Shown: positions 51,293 through 61,777, counted from the stretch's first letter. The stretch: DNA of 63,493 nt from an uncultured Actinomycetota bacterium (GCA_964561115.1 CAZLOE010000005.1:1-63493), one strand, 5' to 3'. The notes: a model not told the origin generated them from the letters alone. Made by a program: numbers and translations.

Positions 51293-51512
51293 ATCCCTTT
51301 AAGTATTCATCTTTTTTATTTGCAATATCCGAGCCGCCACTATCACCAATACCAATTATGCCTATTTCACTCTTGGGGACCTTTTTAGCCACATAGTCGC
51401 TGACTGCTTCCCTTATAAGAAGAGAAGTGGATTTATGGGAAAGTTTTGAAAGGCTTTTAAGTTTTAACATAGTAGCCTTATCTAGAAGTATCGATGTTCT
51501 TTCTTTTTCCAT
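51279..51512 (-). CDS. CopG/RHH antitoxin
   Basis: RTSILL beta-strand, STSLLIREAV; overlaps the vapC start. Confidence 0.82.
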   Translation of the reverse strand: MEKERTSILLDKATMLKLKSLSKLSHKSTSLLIREAVSDYVAKKVPKSEIGIIGIGDSGGSDIANKKDEYLKGFGKG

Positions 51513-51572
51513 TAAAATCGCCTCATTATTTTAGTAATTTTATCAGGATTCTTAAAGCTGCATAAGTGCCTG

Positions 51573-51628
51573 ATATTAATAATATTATGCATATTAATAA
51601 TATTAATATTTTAATTCTGATGTGTCAA
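51573..51628 (-). promoter_or_regulatory. vapBC promoter overlapped by a 15-bp direct repeat
   Basis: TTGACA-N17-TAATAT on the minus strand; ATATTAATAATATTA at 51573 and 51591. Confidence 0.5.
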
Positions 51629-51790
51629 TCCTTCTTTATAATCTCTTAGTAAAAAATATTTTTGTCTGTACACAGTTGTATACTTATATGAAAATCATAC
51701 TCTTCTGCAGGTGCATGAGGGTTAAATTATATAAAATTTATGATATTATCTTATAAATTTTTAAATGACGAGACTGTAAGAAGAGGAGAA

Positions 51791-52822
51791 ATGGAAGTAA
51801 TATGGATTATTTATATCTGCGTGATGGCTTCAGCGGTAATTGCAGTTTTATACTTGTACGCATTCAGGTATGAACCGTTTAATTTCAAGCTGTCGGATGT
51901 AGATATATTTGTAAAAGATAAACTGATGGACAAGACTGGCGTGAATAGACCAGCTAAACCTATCCTGACCATTCTGCATCTCTCTGATTTTCACCTGCGG
52001 GAGAATTCAAAAGGAAAAAGATTATTTAAATTTGTAAGGAGCCTAAGCAGGCTGAATGTGGATTTTATTTTAATTACCGGCGATCTCCTGGAGAGTGATA
52101 AAAATATCGGCTATCTTGTTGAGATGCTTTCTCCTTTAAGAGCAAAATATGGGAAATATGCTGTTTTTGGCGTACACGACCACTACTATAAAACGGTAGC
52201 GGAGTTTTTAAAAAATATTTTTAAGAAAAAAAGGAAATATAAAAAGGAAAATGACGTTTCCTACATAATAAAAAAGCTAAACGATATCGGTATAGAAGTT
52301 TTGGTAAACCAGGTAAGAAAAATCAGCATAAAAGGCAGTGATGTAAGTAATGTAGAGATCATAGGTCTTGATGATCCTATAATCAAAAAAACTGACATAG
52401 CAAAGGCTTTTTCATATATCGGACCAATAAAGAAGTCAAAACCTCTGAAAAGATCTGATTACCTGAAGAAGTACAGAGACACATTTAAATTGAGAGAATC
52501 CAAAATACATGAGTTAAATAATAACAGTTTACTGCGGATAATACTGCTGCATACCCCTGATTCCGCATCAATAATAGATCTGGCCGCTAAGGGCTCGGAT
52601 ATCATATTAAGCGGTCATACCCATGGAGGTCAGGTCAGATTACCGCTGATAGGAGCGATAATCTCGGGCTGCAATATAAAGACAAAATTTGCTTCAGGCC
52701 TTTTTTATTTTAAAAAATTTGTTCTTTACGTATCAAGAGGGCTGGGAGAGGGAAGATATTCACAATTTAGATTTTACTGTCAGCCGGAGGCAAGTCTGAT
52801 CAGGATTTATAACATCCGGTAA
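51791..52822 (+). CDS. Membrane-anchored metallophosphoesterase (YkuE/YaeI-like)
   Basis: ATG after GAGGAG; LSDFH, ITGD, G(V)HD, LHTP, SGHTHGGQ. Confidence 0.85.
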   Translation: MEVIWIIYICVMASAVIAVLYLYAFRYEPFNFKLSDVDIFVKDKLMDKTGVNRPAKPILTILHLSDFHLRENSKGKRLFKFVRSLSRLNVDFILITGDLLESDKNIGYLVEMLSPLRAKYGKYAVFGVHDHYYKTVAEFLKNIFKKKRKYKKENDVSYIIKKLNDIGIEVLVNQVRKISIKGSDVSNVEIIGLDDPIIKKTDIAKAFSYIGPIKKSKPLKRSDYLKKYRDTFKLRESKIHELNNNSLLRIILLHTPDSASIIDLAAKGSDIILSGHTHGGQVRLPLIGAIISGCNIKTKFASGLFYFKKFVLYVSRGLGEGRYSQFRFYCQPEASLIRIYNIR

Positions 52823-52928
52823 TATGTTAAAATGGAGCCGATGTGCTTTAAACTGTCCTCTGGTTTAAAAGCTTGCCGCAGTTTTATATAATATTTAGTC
52901 AAGATATTGTTTAAAGGGAATAATAGTT

Positions 52929-53429
52929 ATGGCTAAAATAAAGGGGGGCTGTCCCGGACAGGATACAGCCTTTCTGAAAGATTTTAAAACTAATATAGTG
53001 CCTTGTCCCAAGTGCGGGCATGAGATCGAGTTTTTTGCTGACGAAATAAAGGTAAAATGTCCCAGATGCAGCGCAAATGTATTTAAGGTAGATCCTCAGG
53101 TGATAGAATACCGGGACGGCAGATTGGTCTTCAGCGGAATAGATAAAAGCTGTCTTGATTGGTGCGGAGGGTGTCTTAACAAAAAGGATTACAGGGATAT
53201 AGAAGAAAATAGGAAAAGGATTGAAAAAAAGAAAGAAGACCTGAAAGAATTAATTGATTCGGTCAGTAAAAAAGAAAGAGATGTAGTCGATTTCTTTATA
53301 GAAGCTTTTAATAAAAGTATAAATAATCCCAGGTTAATCGATGAAAAGATATTTCAATTACTTCAGAAGGAAAATCCCGGTTTTTTTGTAAGAGCAAGAA
53401 ATTATTACTTAAATTTTATTAATCAGTAA
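52929..53429 (+). CDS. Cys-rich Zn-ribbon protein, unknown function
   Basis: CPGQD, CPKC, CPRC, CLDWCGGC. Confidence 0.7.
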   Translation: MAKIKGGCPGQDTAFLKDFKTNIVPCPKCGHEIEFFADEIKVKCPRCSANVFKVDPQVIEYRDGRLVFSGIDKSCLDWCGGCLNKKDYRDIEENRKRIEKKKEDLKELIDSVSKKERDVVDFFIEAFNKSINNPRLIDEKIFQLLQKENPGFFVRARNYYLNFINQ

Positions 53430-53432
53430 ATT

Positions 53433-54236
53433 ATGAAAAAAAAGGGATCAAATCCCATTTTAAAGTTTACAATCATTATAATCCTTATAGCAGTGGCTGG
53501 TTTTCTGATCTTTTACAGTATTGACAATCCTGGTTTCTGGAAAAATAAATTTTCTTCTATTTTCAGCGGTGGAGAAAGCGGGGAGACAATAACCAGCCCG
53601 GAGGACACTGGTGAGGGACAGTCAGGGAATACTACCGGGGAATCTGTAACCCTGGAGGAATTCGGTGAAAATGGTACCGGGGATTCAGCGGTAGCCGGGA
53701 CAGGAGATGAAGGAGGTTCGGAGGATAACAGCAGTAGCCTCTCTATATGGCAGAAAATAATTGATTTTTTCAGGAGGGATGAAAATAATGAAGCAGGGGA
53801 AGAAAGTTACCCGGGAAAGCTGGAATTGAATTTTTATTTTTCCAGCTTGGAAGAGGAGAAGAAATTAGTTTCTGAAAAAAGGACTATAATTGCTGGTGAT
53901 TCGAAAACGGCAGTCAGAAATGCTGTTACCGAGCTGCTGAAAGGGCCGGAAAAGTCATATCATTTTCCAGTGATACCGGCAGGAACGAAACTCATCGATG
54001 TAGAGACCAATAAAAACATAGCAGAGATCGATCTATCTCAGGAATTTTTAAATGAAAGTCTGGACAGCAGGATTTTAGATGAATATATAATTTACTCTAT
54101 CGTAAATACACTTACTGAGATTCCCGAAATAGAGGGAGTTATTTTTTATATAGAAGGAATAAGGATCAAAGTATATGGAAATATAGACCTGTCTATCCCT
54201 GCTATCAGAAATAAAGAGTATTTAGAAGAGCAGTAG
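53433..54236 (+). CDS. Membrane-anchored GerMN-domain protein
   Basis: TM, acidic linker, ELLKGP, IPAGTKL, IDLSQEF, SIVNTLTE. Confidence 0.85.
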   Translation: MKKKGSNPILKFTIIIILIAVAGFLIFYSIDNPGFWKNKFSSIFSGGESGETITSPEDTGEGQSGNTTGESVTLEEFGENGTGDSAVAGTGDEGGSEDNSSSLSIWQKIIDFFRRDENNEAGEESYPGKLELNFYFSSLEEEKKLVSEKRTIIAGDSKTAVRNAVTELLKGPEKSYHFPVIPAGTKLIDVETNKNIAEIDLSQEFLNESLDSRILDEYIIYSIVNTLTEIPEIEGVIFYIEGIRIKVYGNIDLSIPAIRNKEYLEEQ

Positions 54237-54332
54237 CCTGACAGCGAGATGGAAGAAGTTCTATATTTGATTTTCAATAAGAAGGGAAAAAATATATAAT
54301 ACAAATCTAAAAATGTTATAAAGGAGATTGGC

Positions 54333-55253
54333 TTGAAAGTACTGATTACCGGAGGAGCAGGTTTTATAGGTTCAAATGTGGCTGACGGGCTATTGGAAAA
54401 GAATTACCAGGTGGTCATAGTCGATGACCTTTCCAATGGAAAAGAAGAAAACATACCCAAAAAAGCAAAATTCTATAAGATTGATATCAGAGATAAGGAA
54501 ATACAGAAAATATTTAAGGAAGAAAAACCTGATATTGTAATACATAATGCTGCCCAGTTGAGTGTAAGAGTGTCAGTAGAAGATCCGATGATGGACGCAG
54601 ATATAAATATAATGGGTGGTCTTAACGTTATTAACAACTGCCATATTTACAATGTAAGTAAGATAATATTTGCATCCAGCGGGGGTACAGTATACGGGGA
54701 ACAGGAATATTTCCCTGCAGACGAAAAACATCCAACCAGTCCCATATCGCCTTACGGAGTGGCCAAGCTTGCTACGGAAAAATATTTATATTGTTATTAT
54801 AATAATTACGGCTTGAATTATGTATCATTAAGATATGGCAATATATATGGACCCAGGCAGGACCCTTACGGAGAGGCGGGAGTAGTAGCGATATTTTCAA
54901 AAAAGATACTGGAAGATAAAAACCCTACTATTAATGGAGACGGACTACAGACCCGAGATTATGTCTATGTAAGGGATGCGGTTGATATAAATTTAAAGGC
55001 TATAGAAAGTGATTTTACAGGAGTGGTAAATGTAGGAACAGGAAAGGAAACTAATGTGGTCAGGCTGTTAAATATCTTAAAGGAAGCATCGGGTAAAAAG
55101 GACATTGAAGAGATCCACGGTCCTCCAAAAGAAGGGGAGCAGCGGAGAAGCAAGCTTTCTTACAGGATGGCAGAAGAAATGCTTGGCTGGAAGCCGGCGG
55201 TGTCCATAGAAGAAGGGCTGAAGCTGACCTATGATTGGTTTAAAAATAATTAG
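54333..55253 (+). CDS. NAD-dependent nucleotide-sugar 4-epimerase (GalE-like)
   Basis: TGGAGFIG, ASSGG, YGVAK, RDYVYV. Confidence 0.9.
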   Translation: MKVLITGGAGFIGSNVADGLLEKNYQVVIVDDLSNGKEENIPKKAKFYKIDIRDKEIQKIFKEEKPDIVIHNAAQLSVRVSVEDPMMDADINIMGGLNVINNCHIYNVSKIIFASSGGTVYGEQEYFPADEKHPTSPISPYGVAKLATEKYLYCYYNNYGLNYVSLRYGNIYGPRQDPYGEAGVVAIFSKKILEDKNPTINGDGLQTRDYVYVRDAVDINLKAIESDFTGVVNVGTGKETNVVRLLNILKEASGKKDIEEIHGPPKEGEQRRSKLSYRMAEEMLGWKPAVSIEEGLKLTYDWFKNN

Positions 55254-55322
55254 AACGCAACTTCTAATAATATATTGCCATTTATTAAGAAATTTTTTAT
55301 TAAAAAGGTTCCTTTTGAAATT

Positions 55323-56492
55323 TTAAATGGAAAAACCGTATTGAATATTTTCCAGCTCGCTGAACTTTTTAGAGACTATAAATGATTCTTTTATGCCAAG
55401 TTCAGCAGTAATTCTTAACAGCTTATTTAGATCTTGCCTGGAAGGATTTATTTTTACTTCAATAGCGGTATTCCTATTAAGAATAAAATCAATTCCAACT
55501 CCGCTTTTCCTCTGATAATAATTGATTTCTCCTTTTATTCTTAAGTTCTGAAAAATATTATTTTCGAACAGTGCCCCTTCATCTAACTTAGTAAAATTAT
55601 TTACCAGCCCACAATCACAGATGTAAACTTTTGGCATTTTTCTTATTTCTATATCTTTCCCTTTGCTAAAAGGCTTTATGGTTTTTATTAAGTATGTGTC
55701 TTCTAAGAAAGAAATATACTGGTAAAGTGTCGGGCGGGAGATTGAAAGCTCCCTGGATAATTTTTGAATATCTAGTTTTGAACCGACTCTCTGCATCAAC
55801 AGTAATATCAAGTCTCTAATTTTATTATTTCTCTTGAAATCTCCTATTCTTAATACTTCTAATTGGAAATAAGAAGTAAAAATATCTTCTAATGATCTTC
55901 TCTTTCCATCAGTATTTTTTTTTAGGACAACTTCCGGAAAACCGCCAAACAGCAGGTACTCTTCATAAAGATTAGAAATAGTATCAAAGACGGATTTTTT
56001 CAAAGTCTTTAAATTATCGGGTAGTTTTATGCTGCTTCCCTTAAATAAAAGGAATTCTTTGAAATTTAAAGGGAAAAGTTCAAAAATATATTTTCTGCCA
56101 GCCAGAGATTCAGTAAAAAAATTTTTTAAATAATAAACTGCAGAGCCGGTAAGAAAACATTTAATCTGGTAGTGGTCAATTAGATATTTGACAACTGATG
56201 GTATTTTTTTTAACAGTTGGATTTCATCTAGAAACAGATAGGACTTTTTAGTAAAGTCTAAGCCCAAAAATTCAAGTGTGGACTTTATTGTTTCATAATT
56301 TTCCTCTTCAAAATATTTTTGATTTAAAGGATTCTCTAAATCCAAGAAGATCTTATTATCAGAATCAATTTTATCATATATAAATCTGATTAAACTTGTC
56401 TTGCCTACTCTCCTCATCCCGGTTATAACAATTGCTTCAGGAGAGTCTATATATTTTATTATTTGATTAAATAATAATCTTTCCTTTAACAT
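55323..56492 (-). CDS. AAA+ ATPase with DUF4143-type C-terminus
   Basis: GMRRVGKT Walker A, FLDEIQ Walker B, GGFPE, K.Y..DCGL, FEN, IDF..AIEVK nuclease-like tail. Confidence 0.85.
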   Translation of the reverse strand: MLKERLLFNQIIKYIDSPEAIVITGMRRVGKTSLIRFIYDKIDSDNKIFLDLENPLNQKYFEEENYETIKSTLEFLGLDFTKKSYLFLDEIQLLKKIPSVVKYLIDHYQIKCFLTGSAVYYLKNFFTESLAGRKYIFELFPLNFKEFLLFKGSSIKLPDNLKTLKKSVFDTISNLYEEYLLFGGFPEVVLKKNTDGKRRSLEDIFTSYFQLEVLRIGDFKRNNKIRDLILLLMQRVGSKLDIQKLSRELSISRPTLYQYISFLEDTYLIKTIKPFSKGKDIEIRKMPKVYICDCGLVNNFTKLDEGALFENNIFQNLRIKGEINYYQRKSGVGIDFILNRNTAIEVKINPSRQDLNKLLRITAELGIKESFIVSKKFSELENIQYGFSI

Positions 56493-56860
56493 ATACTCTG
56501 GATAAATATAGTACTATTTGTTAAATACTAATTTACATATAGTGATATTATTTGTCAAGTATAATTTAAATATACTGTTTTTATACTAATTATTTTTATT
56601 GAAATAGGCAATTGAAATTATCAATTTTCACATTATCCATTAAAAATAAAAATCCTTTATTATTTGGGTCCTAATAGACAAAACCTTCAATAGTTTGTAA
56701 AGTATAATCTAATTAATAATGATAATAATATGAAAGATTATAAAAATTCTCTAAAATTAAATCTGAAAAGCAAGAGAATAGAGGAAAATAATTGTCATTT
56801 ATGCCTAATAATAATAAAAATAGTTATATTATCTTTCTAAAGCAGGTAAACGGGTAGGAA

Positions 56861-58054
56861 ATGGATAAAAGTAAAAAAAGAAAAGTGCTTAATATAGTCC
56901 CTACTCCTTTTTTTGCCGACAGAGGGTGCCATATGAGAATACTGGGTGAGATGAAGGCGCTGGCAAAATACGGGTATCAAAATATTATAGTCACCTATCA
57001 CAACGGCAGGGATCTTGAGGGCCTTGATATCAGGAGGATAATAAATATTCCCTGGTACAAAAAGCTTGAAGCGGGACCATCCATCCATAAATTCTATATA
57101 GACCTTATACTGTTCTTTAAGGCTGCGGCTGTATATATCAGGGAAAAACCGGACATAATATACGGGCATCTTCATGAAGGTGCATTTGTGGGAGGCCTTA
57201 TAAAATATCTTTTGACCTGGGGAAAGATCCCTCTGGCTTTCGATGTCCAGGGAAGCCTTACTTCAGAGCTTGATACTTTTAACTGGATCAAGGGAAGGAA
57301 GCCCATCAGGTGGTTTTTTCATACACTGGAGAGGTTTATCTGCAGGATGCCGGATTTTTTTATATGCAGCTCGGTGTCCAATGGAGATATCATAAAGAAT
57401 AGATTTAAAATAGACCCGGACAGGGTAAGGGTAGTAATAGACGGGGTACATACTGATTTTTTCAGTAAAAATCCCCAGGAAGGATTCAAGCAGAAACTTG
57501 GAATACCTGAAGATGCACCTGTTATAATATTTACCGGAGCGCTTCTGGCAGCTAAAGGCGTCTGGAATTTGATCTCGTCAATCCCCCTGGTATTAAAGAA
57601 GGTAGGGGGTGTCCATTTCCTGATTGTTGGTTATCCTGTAGAGGAAGCATCCAAAAAGGCCAAGGAGCTGGGAGTAGAAAAAAACGTTCATTTTACCGGA
57701 ATGGTAGATTATTTCAAGCTCCCTGATTACTTACTGGTAAGCGATGTAGCAGTAGAGCCTAAAGTCGATAAGGCAGGTGAAGCCAGCGGAAAGGTTATAA
57801 ACTACATGGGTGCGGGACTTCCAGTAGTTTGTTTTGAGGGTAAAAATAACCGCAGGTTCTTAGGCGAAGGCGGAATATATGCTGCTGATGACAGGGTTGA
57901 AAATCTTGCGGAGAAGATGATATGGGCCGTTAAAAATTCTAAAGAAGCTGAGAAGCTGGGGGAGTTAAATAAAAAAAGAGTTGAAAAAGTATTTTCCTGG
58001 AACAACAGCATAAAGGACACGGTCGAGGCTTTTGAAAAATTGATATCCAAGTGA
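56861..58054 (+). CDS. GT4-family glycosyltransferase
   Basis: FFADRGC, IDGVHT, C-terminal ExSGKVINYMGAGLPVV GT-B motif. Confidence 0.88.
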   Translation: MDKSKKRKVLNIVPTPFFADRGCHMRILGEMKALAKYGYQNIIVTYHNGRDLEGLDIRRIINIPWYKKLEAGPSIHKFYIDLILFFKAAAVYIREKPDIIYGHLHEGAFVGGLIKYLLTWGKIPLAFDVQGSLTSELDTFNWIKGRKPIRWFFHTLERFICRMPDFFICSSVSNGDIIKNRFKIDPDRVRVVIDGVHTDFFSKNPQEGFKQKLGIPEDAPVIIFTGALLAAKGVWNLISSIPLVLKKVGGVHFLIVGYPVEEASKKAKELGVEKNVHFTGMVDYFKLPDYLLVSDVAVEPKVDKAGEASGKVINYMGAGLPVVCFEGKNNRRFLGEGGIYAADDRVENLAEKMIWAVKNSKEAEKLGELNKKRVEKVFSWNNSIKDTVEAFEKLISK

Positions 58055-58167
58055 TTTTATTAGATTTTTAAGTATTTAGTTATATTGTAAGAAAATATCT
58101 TTATTGATATTATACTTCAATATTATGATATAAATTTACTGCATTAGTTTAAGCGTAAGGAAAAAAT

Positions 58168-59511
58168 ATGAAGGTTTGTGTCATAGGGGTTGGATATGTG
58201 GGCCTGGTCACCGGTGTCTGCCTGGCTGAAATCGGTAATACAGTTTTTTGTGTGGATAAGGATGAAAAAAAGATAGAGATACTTAAAAAAGGCCGGGTGC
58301 CCATATATGAAGAAGGCCTTGAGGAACTGATAAAGAAAAACAGTAAAAACGGTAATCTGATATTTAATAGTGATATAAGTAACGCTATCAGGAAGAGCGA
58401 TATTATATTTATATGTGTAGGTACTCCGCCTCTGCCGTCAGGGAAGTCTGATCTTTCAGCTATTGATGAGGTGGCAAGATTGATCGGCAAATCGATTAAC
58501 GGGTATAAGATCATTTCAAATAAAAGCACTGTCCCGATCGGTACGGCAAAAAGGATCAAGAAGATAATCAGTGAAAACCAGGGCAGCGGTAATAATTATG
58601 ATTTTGATATAGTATCCAATCCCGAATTCTTGAAGGAAGGTGAAGCTGTAAAGGATGCCTTCTTTCCGGAAAGGCTGGTAATAGGATCTAAAAGTAAAAA
58701 GGCAATAGAAATCATAAAAGAGCTTTATAAGCCCATAATAAATCAGGACTTTGATTACGCTGTAAATAATACTCACAGGAAAGAAAAAGTACCGGTTCTG
58801 ATCACCGATTCAACCAGTTCGGAACTAATAAAATATTCTTCTAATGCATTTCTTGCTACCAAGATCTCATTTGTCAATGAGATCGCCAACATATGTGAGA
58901 GGGTAGGCGCAAATATTCTGGATGTAACATACGGCATGGGTCTGGACAGCAGAATCGGGGCCGGTTTCATGAAAGCTGGGATCGGCTGGGGAGGCTCATG
59001 CTTTCCAAAGGATGTCAGGGCATTAAGCCATACTGCAGAGGAATACGGCTCAACTGCGAATATTCTAAATTCAGTAATACAGGTCAACAACCACCAGAGA
59101 TTTAAAGTAATACAAAAAGCTATGGATATACTCGGTATTATTGATGATAAGATAATCGGTGTTTTGGGGCTTTCTTTCAAACCCAATACAAATGATACAA
59201 GAGAAGCACCTTCTATTACTATAATCAACAAGTTTCTGGAACTCGGCGCAGAAGTAAGAGTTTATGACCCTGTGGTAAAAGAATATCCTAAAGATATGGA
59301 TGAGGGGGCTGTTATGGCGAAAAGTGCCTATGAGGCGTTGGAAGGGGCTGATCTTATGGTTCTGGTGACGGATTGGGATGAATTTAGCGGTTTAGATTTT
59401 AAAAAGGTAAAAAAATCAATGGCCAGCTGTAATATCATTGACGGCAGAAATGTATTGGACAGGCAAAAACTCCAGGAGATGGGTTTTAATTATACCGGTA
59501 TTGGATATTAA
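58168..59511 (+). CDS. ugd: UDP-glucose 6-dehydrogenase
   Basis: GVGYVG, KSTVP, SNPEFLKEG, GGSCFPKD, FKPNTND.RE. Confidence 0.94.
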   Translation: MKVCVIGVGYVGLVTGVCLAEIGNTVFCVDKDEKKIEILKKGRVPIYEEGLEELIKKNSKNGNLIFNSDISNAIRKSDIIFICVGTPPLPSGKSDLSAIDEVARLIGKSINGYKIISNKSTVPIGTAKRIKKIISENQGSGNNYDFDIVSNPEFLKEGEAVKDAFFPERLVIGSKSKKAIEIIKELYKPIINQDFDYAVNNTHRKEKVPVLITDSTSSELIKYSSNAFLATKISFVNEIANICERVGANILDVTYGMGLDSRIGAGFMKAGIGWGGSCFPKDVRALSHTAEEYGSTANILNSVIQVNNHQRFKVIQKAMDILGIIDDKIIGVLGLSFKPNTNDTREAPSITIINKFLELGAEVRVYDPVVKEYPKDMDEGAVMAKSAYEALEGADLMVLVTDWDEFSGLDFKKVKKSMASCNIIDGRNVLDRQKLQEMGFNYTGIGY

Positions 59512-59539
59512 TCAACAAAAACGGGTTAGGAGGCTTGTT

Positions 59540-59995
59540 TTGATTGACGGGGTTAAAATAAAAAAATTAAAGGTTATACCTGATGAAAGAGGCAGGTTGA
59601 TGGAGATGCTGCGTTCCGATGATGATCTTTTTGTAAAATTTGGTCAGGCTTATATGACTACCGCATATCCGGGCGCAGTCAAAGGGTGGCATTATCACAA
59701 AAAACAGATAGACAGTTTTGTGGTGGTCAAGGGGATGATGAAAGTTGTCTTATATGACAGCCGCAAGGGCTCACCGACCTACAAGGAGGTCAATGAATTT
59801 TTCATGGGAGAGCATAATCCGATGCTTCTTCAAATACCTCAATATGTCTTTCACGGTTTTAAATGTATAAGCGATAATGAAGCTGTATGTATTAACTTGC
59901 CCACTGAAGTTTATAACTATGATGAACCTGATGAGTTCAGAGAAGACCCACATAGCCCAAATATACCTTACAGCTGGGAAAGAAAAGACGGATAG
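59540..59995 (+). CDS. rmlC: dTDP-4-dehydrorhamnose 3,5-epimerase family cupin
   Basis: TTG at 59540 after AGGAGG; DERG, KGWHYH, HGF. Confidence 0.8.
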   Translation: MIDGVKIKKLKVIPDERGRLMEMLRSDDDLFVKFGQAYMTTAYPGAVKGWHYHKKQIDSFVVVKGMMKVVLYDSRKGSPTYKEVNEFFMGEHNPMLLQIPQYVFHGFKCISDNEAVCINLPTEVYNYDEPDEFREDPHSPNIPYSWERKDG

Positions 59996-60004
59996 GAGAA
60001 TAAA

Positions 60005-60997
60005 TTGGCAGACAGGAAGTTTAAAACCCTGCTTGTAACCGGGGGTGCGGGGTTCATCGGAAGCAACTTTATACATCATATTGCAGAAAACTATACGGGA
60101 TACAGGATAATAAATCTTGATAAGCTGACTTATGCCGGAAACCTGGAAAATTTAAGGGATATGGAAGGTAATCCCAATTATGAATTTATAAAGGGCGATA
60201 TAGCGGACAGGCAACTTGTAGATAATATTTTCAAATCTAATATTATAGATGCGGTGGTAAATTTTGCTGCTGAGTCTCATGTCGATAGATCAATAGAGGA
60301 TCCCGGCATATTTATTCAGACTGATATTTATGGTACCTATGTTTTGCTTGAAGCCATAAGGGAATATGACGGCGGGATCTTTCTCCAGATAAGCACAGAT
60401 GAAGTCTATGGCTCCATAGAATTCGGCTCTTCAAAAGAAAGCGATATACTGAAGCCCAACAGCCCTTATTCTGCTTCCAAAGCCGGAGCAGAGATGATTG
60501 TGAGATCTTTTTATAAGACATACGGTGTTCCAATAATCATCACCAGGACCTCGAATAACTTCGGGCCATATCAGCACCCCGAAAAATTAATCCCGTTATT
60601 CATAACTGATTTAATAGACGATAAAAAAGTGCCTCTTTACGGGGATGGTATGAATATAAGGGATTGGATCTATGTGAATGATAACTGTGCTGCGCTGGAC
60701 CTGATCCTTCACAATGGGGAAATCGGTGAGATATATAATATCGGTGCGGGAAATGAGAAGCCGAATATATGGATTACCTGGAAGATCCTGGAGCTGCTTG
60801 GTAAAACTGAAGATATGATAAAACCGGTGCAGGACAGGCTTGGCCATGACAGGAGATATTCCCTGGACTGTTCAAAATTAAAAAAAGAGCTGGGGTGGGT
60901 AACGCAGTATAATCTTGAACAGGCGCTTAAAATGACGGTCAAATGGTATATGGATAATGAAAACTGGTGGAGGCCTATTAAAGGAAAAAATATATAG
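60005..60997 (+). CDS. rmlB: dTDP-glucose 4,6-dehydratase
   Basis: TGGAGFIG, LDKLTYAGN, AAESHVDRS, STDEVYG, YSASK. Confidence 0.96.
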   Translation: MADRKFKTLLVTGGAGFIGSNFIHHIAENYTGYRIINLDKLTYAGNLENLRDMEGNPNYEFIKGDIADRQLVDNIFKSNIIDAVVNFAAESHVDRSIEDPGIFIQTDIYGTYVLLEAIREYDGGIFLQISTDEVYGSIEFGSSKESDILKPNSPYSASKAGAEMIVRSFYKTYGVPIIITRTSNNFGPYQHPEKLIPLFITDLIDDKKVPLYGDGMNIRDWIYVNDNCAALDLILHNGEIGEIYNIGAGNEKPNIWITWKILELLGKTEDMIKPVQDRLGHDRRYSLDCSKLKKELGWVTQYNLEQALKMTVKWYMDNENWWRPIKGKNI

Positions 60998-61056
60998 GCT
61001 GTTGATACTTACCTGTTTTAACTATTAAATTTAATAAAATTAACAAATTTCTCCTG

Positions 61057-61082
61057 CTATAATCCCGGGTTATAGATTTTTT
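61057..61082 (+). terminator. Probable intrinsic terminator after rmlB
   Basis: CTATAA-TCCCGGG-TTATAG followed by ATTTTTT. Confidence 0.45.
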
Positions 61083-61111
61083 AAAAATTAATCACACATC
61101 TAAGTTTCTTA

Positions 61112-61139
61112 TTGATATTTTATAACAAAAAGTTATACT
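61112..61139 (+). promoter_or_regulatory. mazEF-like promoter with palindromic operator
   Basis: TTGATA-N16-TATACT overlapped by TATAAC-N5-GTTATA (61121-61137). Confidence 0.6.
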
Positions 61140-61166
61140 ATTGGTAGTAATGGAGGTATAAATATT

Positions 61167-61424
61167 ATGTCTAATATAAAAACTGCAGTATCAATCAGAG
61201 AATCTCTATTTAAAGAAGCTGAAGCTCTAGCAAAGAAGTTAGAGATTTCACGGAGTAAGTTATTTGCAGCGGCACTTGAATATTTTATAAGACAGCAAGA
61301 AAATAGAGAACTTTTAAAGAAAATAAATGAAGTCTATAGCCGCCGGACACTTAGTTCTGATGAAAAGAGTTACAAAAAGAAAATGAGAGATTACCAAAGG
61401 CAGTTATTGGAGGATAAATGGTAA
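61167..61424 (+). CDS. RHH antitoxin (ChpI-like)
   Basis: KTAVSI, SRSKLF, LLKKINEVY; overlaps the toxin start. Confidence 0.82.
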   Translation: MSNIKTAVSIRESLFKEAEALAKKLEISRSKLFAAALEYFIRQQENRELLKKINEVYSRRTLSSDEKSYKKKMRDYQRQLLEDKW

Positions 61425-61777
61425 TTAAACAGGGGAATATTTTTTGGGTAGATTTAGGAAGAACTTCTGGATCCGAACCTGGTTATAGACATCCGCATGT
61501 TGTTATTCAAAATAATTTGTTTAATAAAAGCTTAATTAACACGGTTGTTGTTTGTGTACTGACTTCAAATTTAAAAAGGGCGGAAGAACCGGGAAATGTT
61601 CTTCTTTATCCAGGTGAAGCTAATCTTCCCATGCAAAGTGTTGTGAATGTATCTCAGATTTATACAGTAGATAAGAAAGATTTAGTAGAGAAGATTGGCT
61701 CATTATCTACCAAAAGAATAAATGAAATATTAGACGGCGTTCATCTTTTGTTAGATAAACGTGACGTTGAGGAGTAA
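61418..61777 (+). CDS. mazF: MazF/PemK endoribonuclease toxin
   Basis: GNIFWVDL, SEPG.RHP.VVIQN, TSN, SVVNVSQI.TVDK. Confidence 0.92.
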   Translation: MVIKQGNIFWVDLGRTSGSEPGYRHPHVVIQNNLFNKSLINTVVVCVLTSNLKRAEEPGNVLLYPGEANLPMQSVVNVSQIYTVDKKDLVEKIGSLSTKRINEILDGVHLLLDKRDVEE

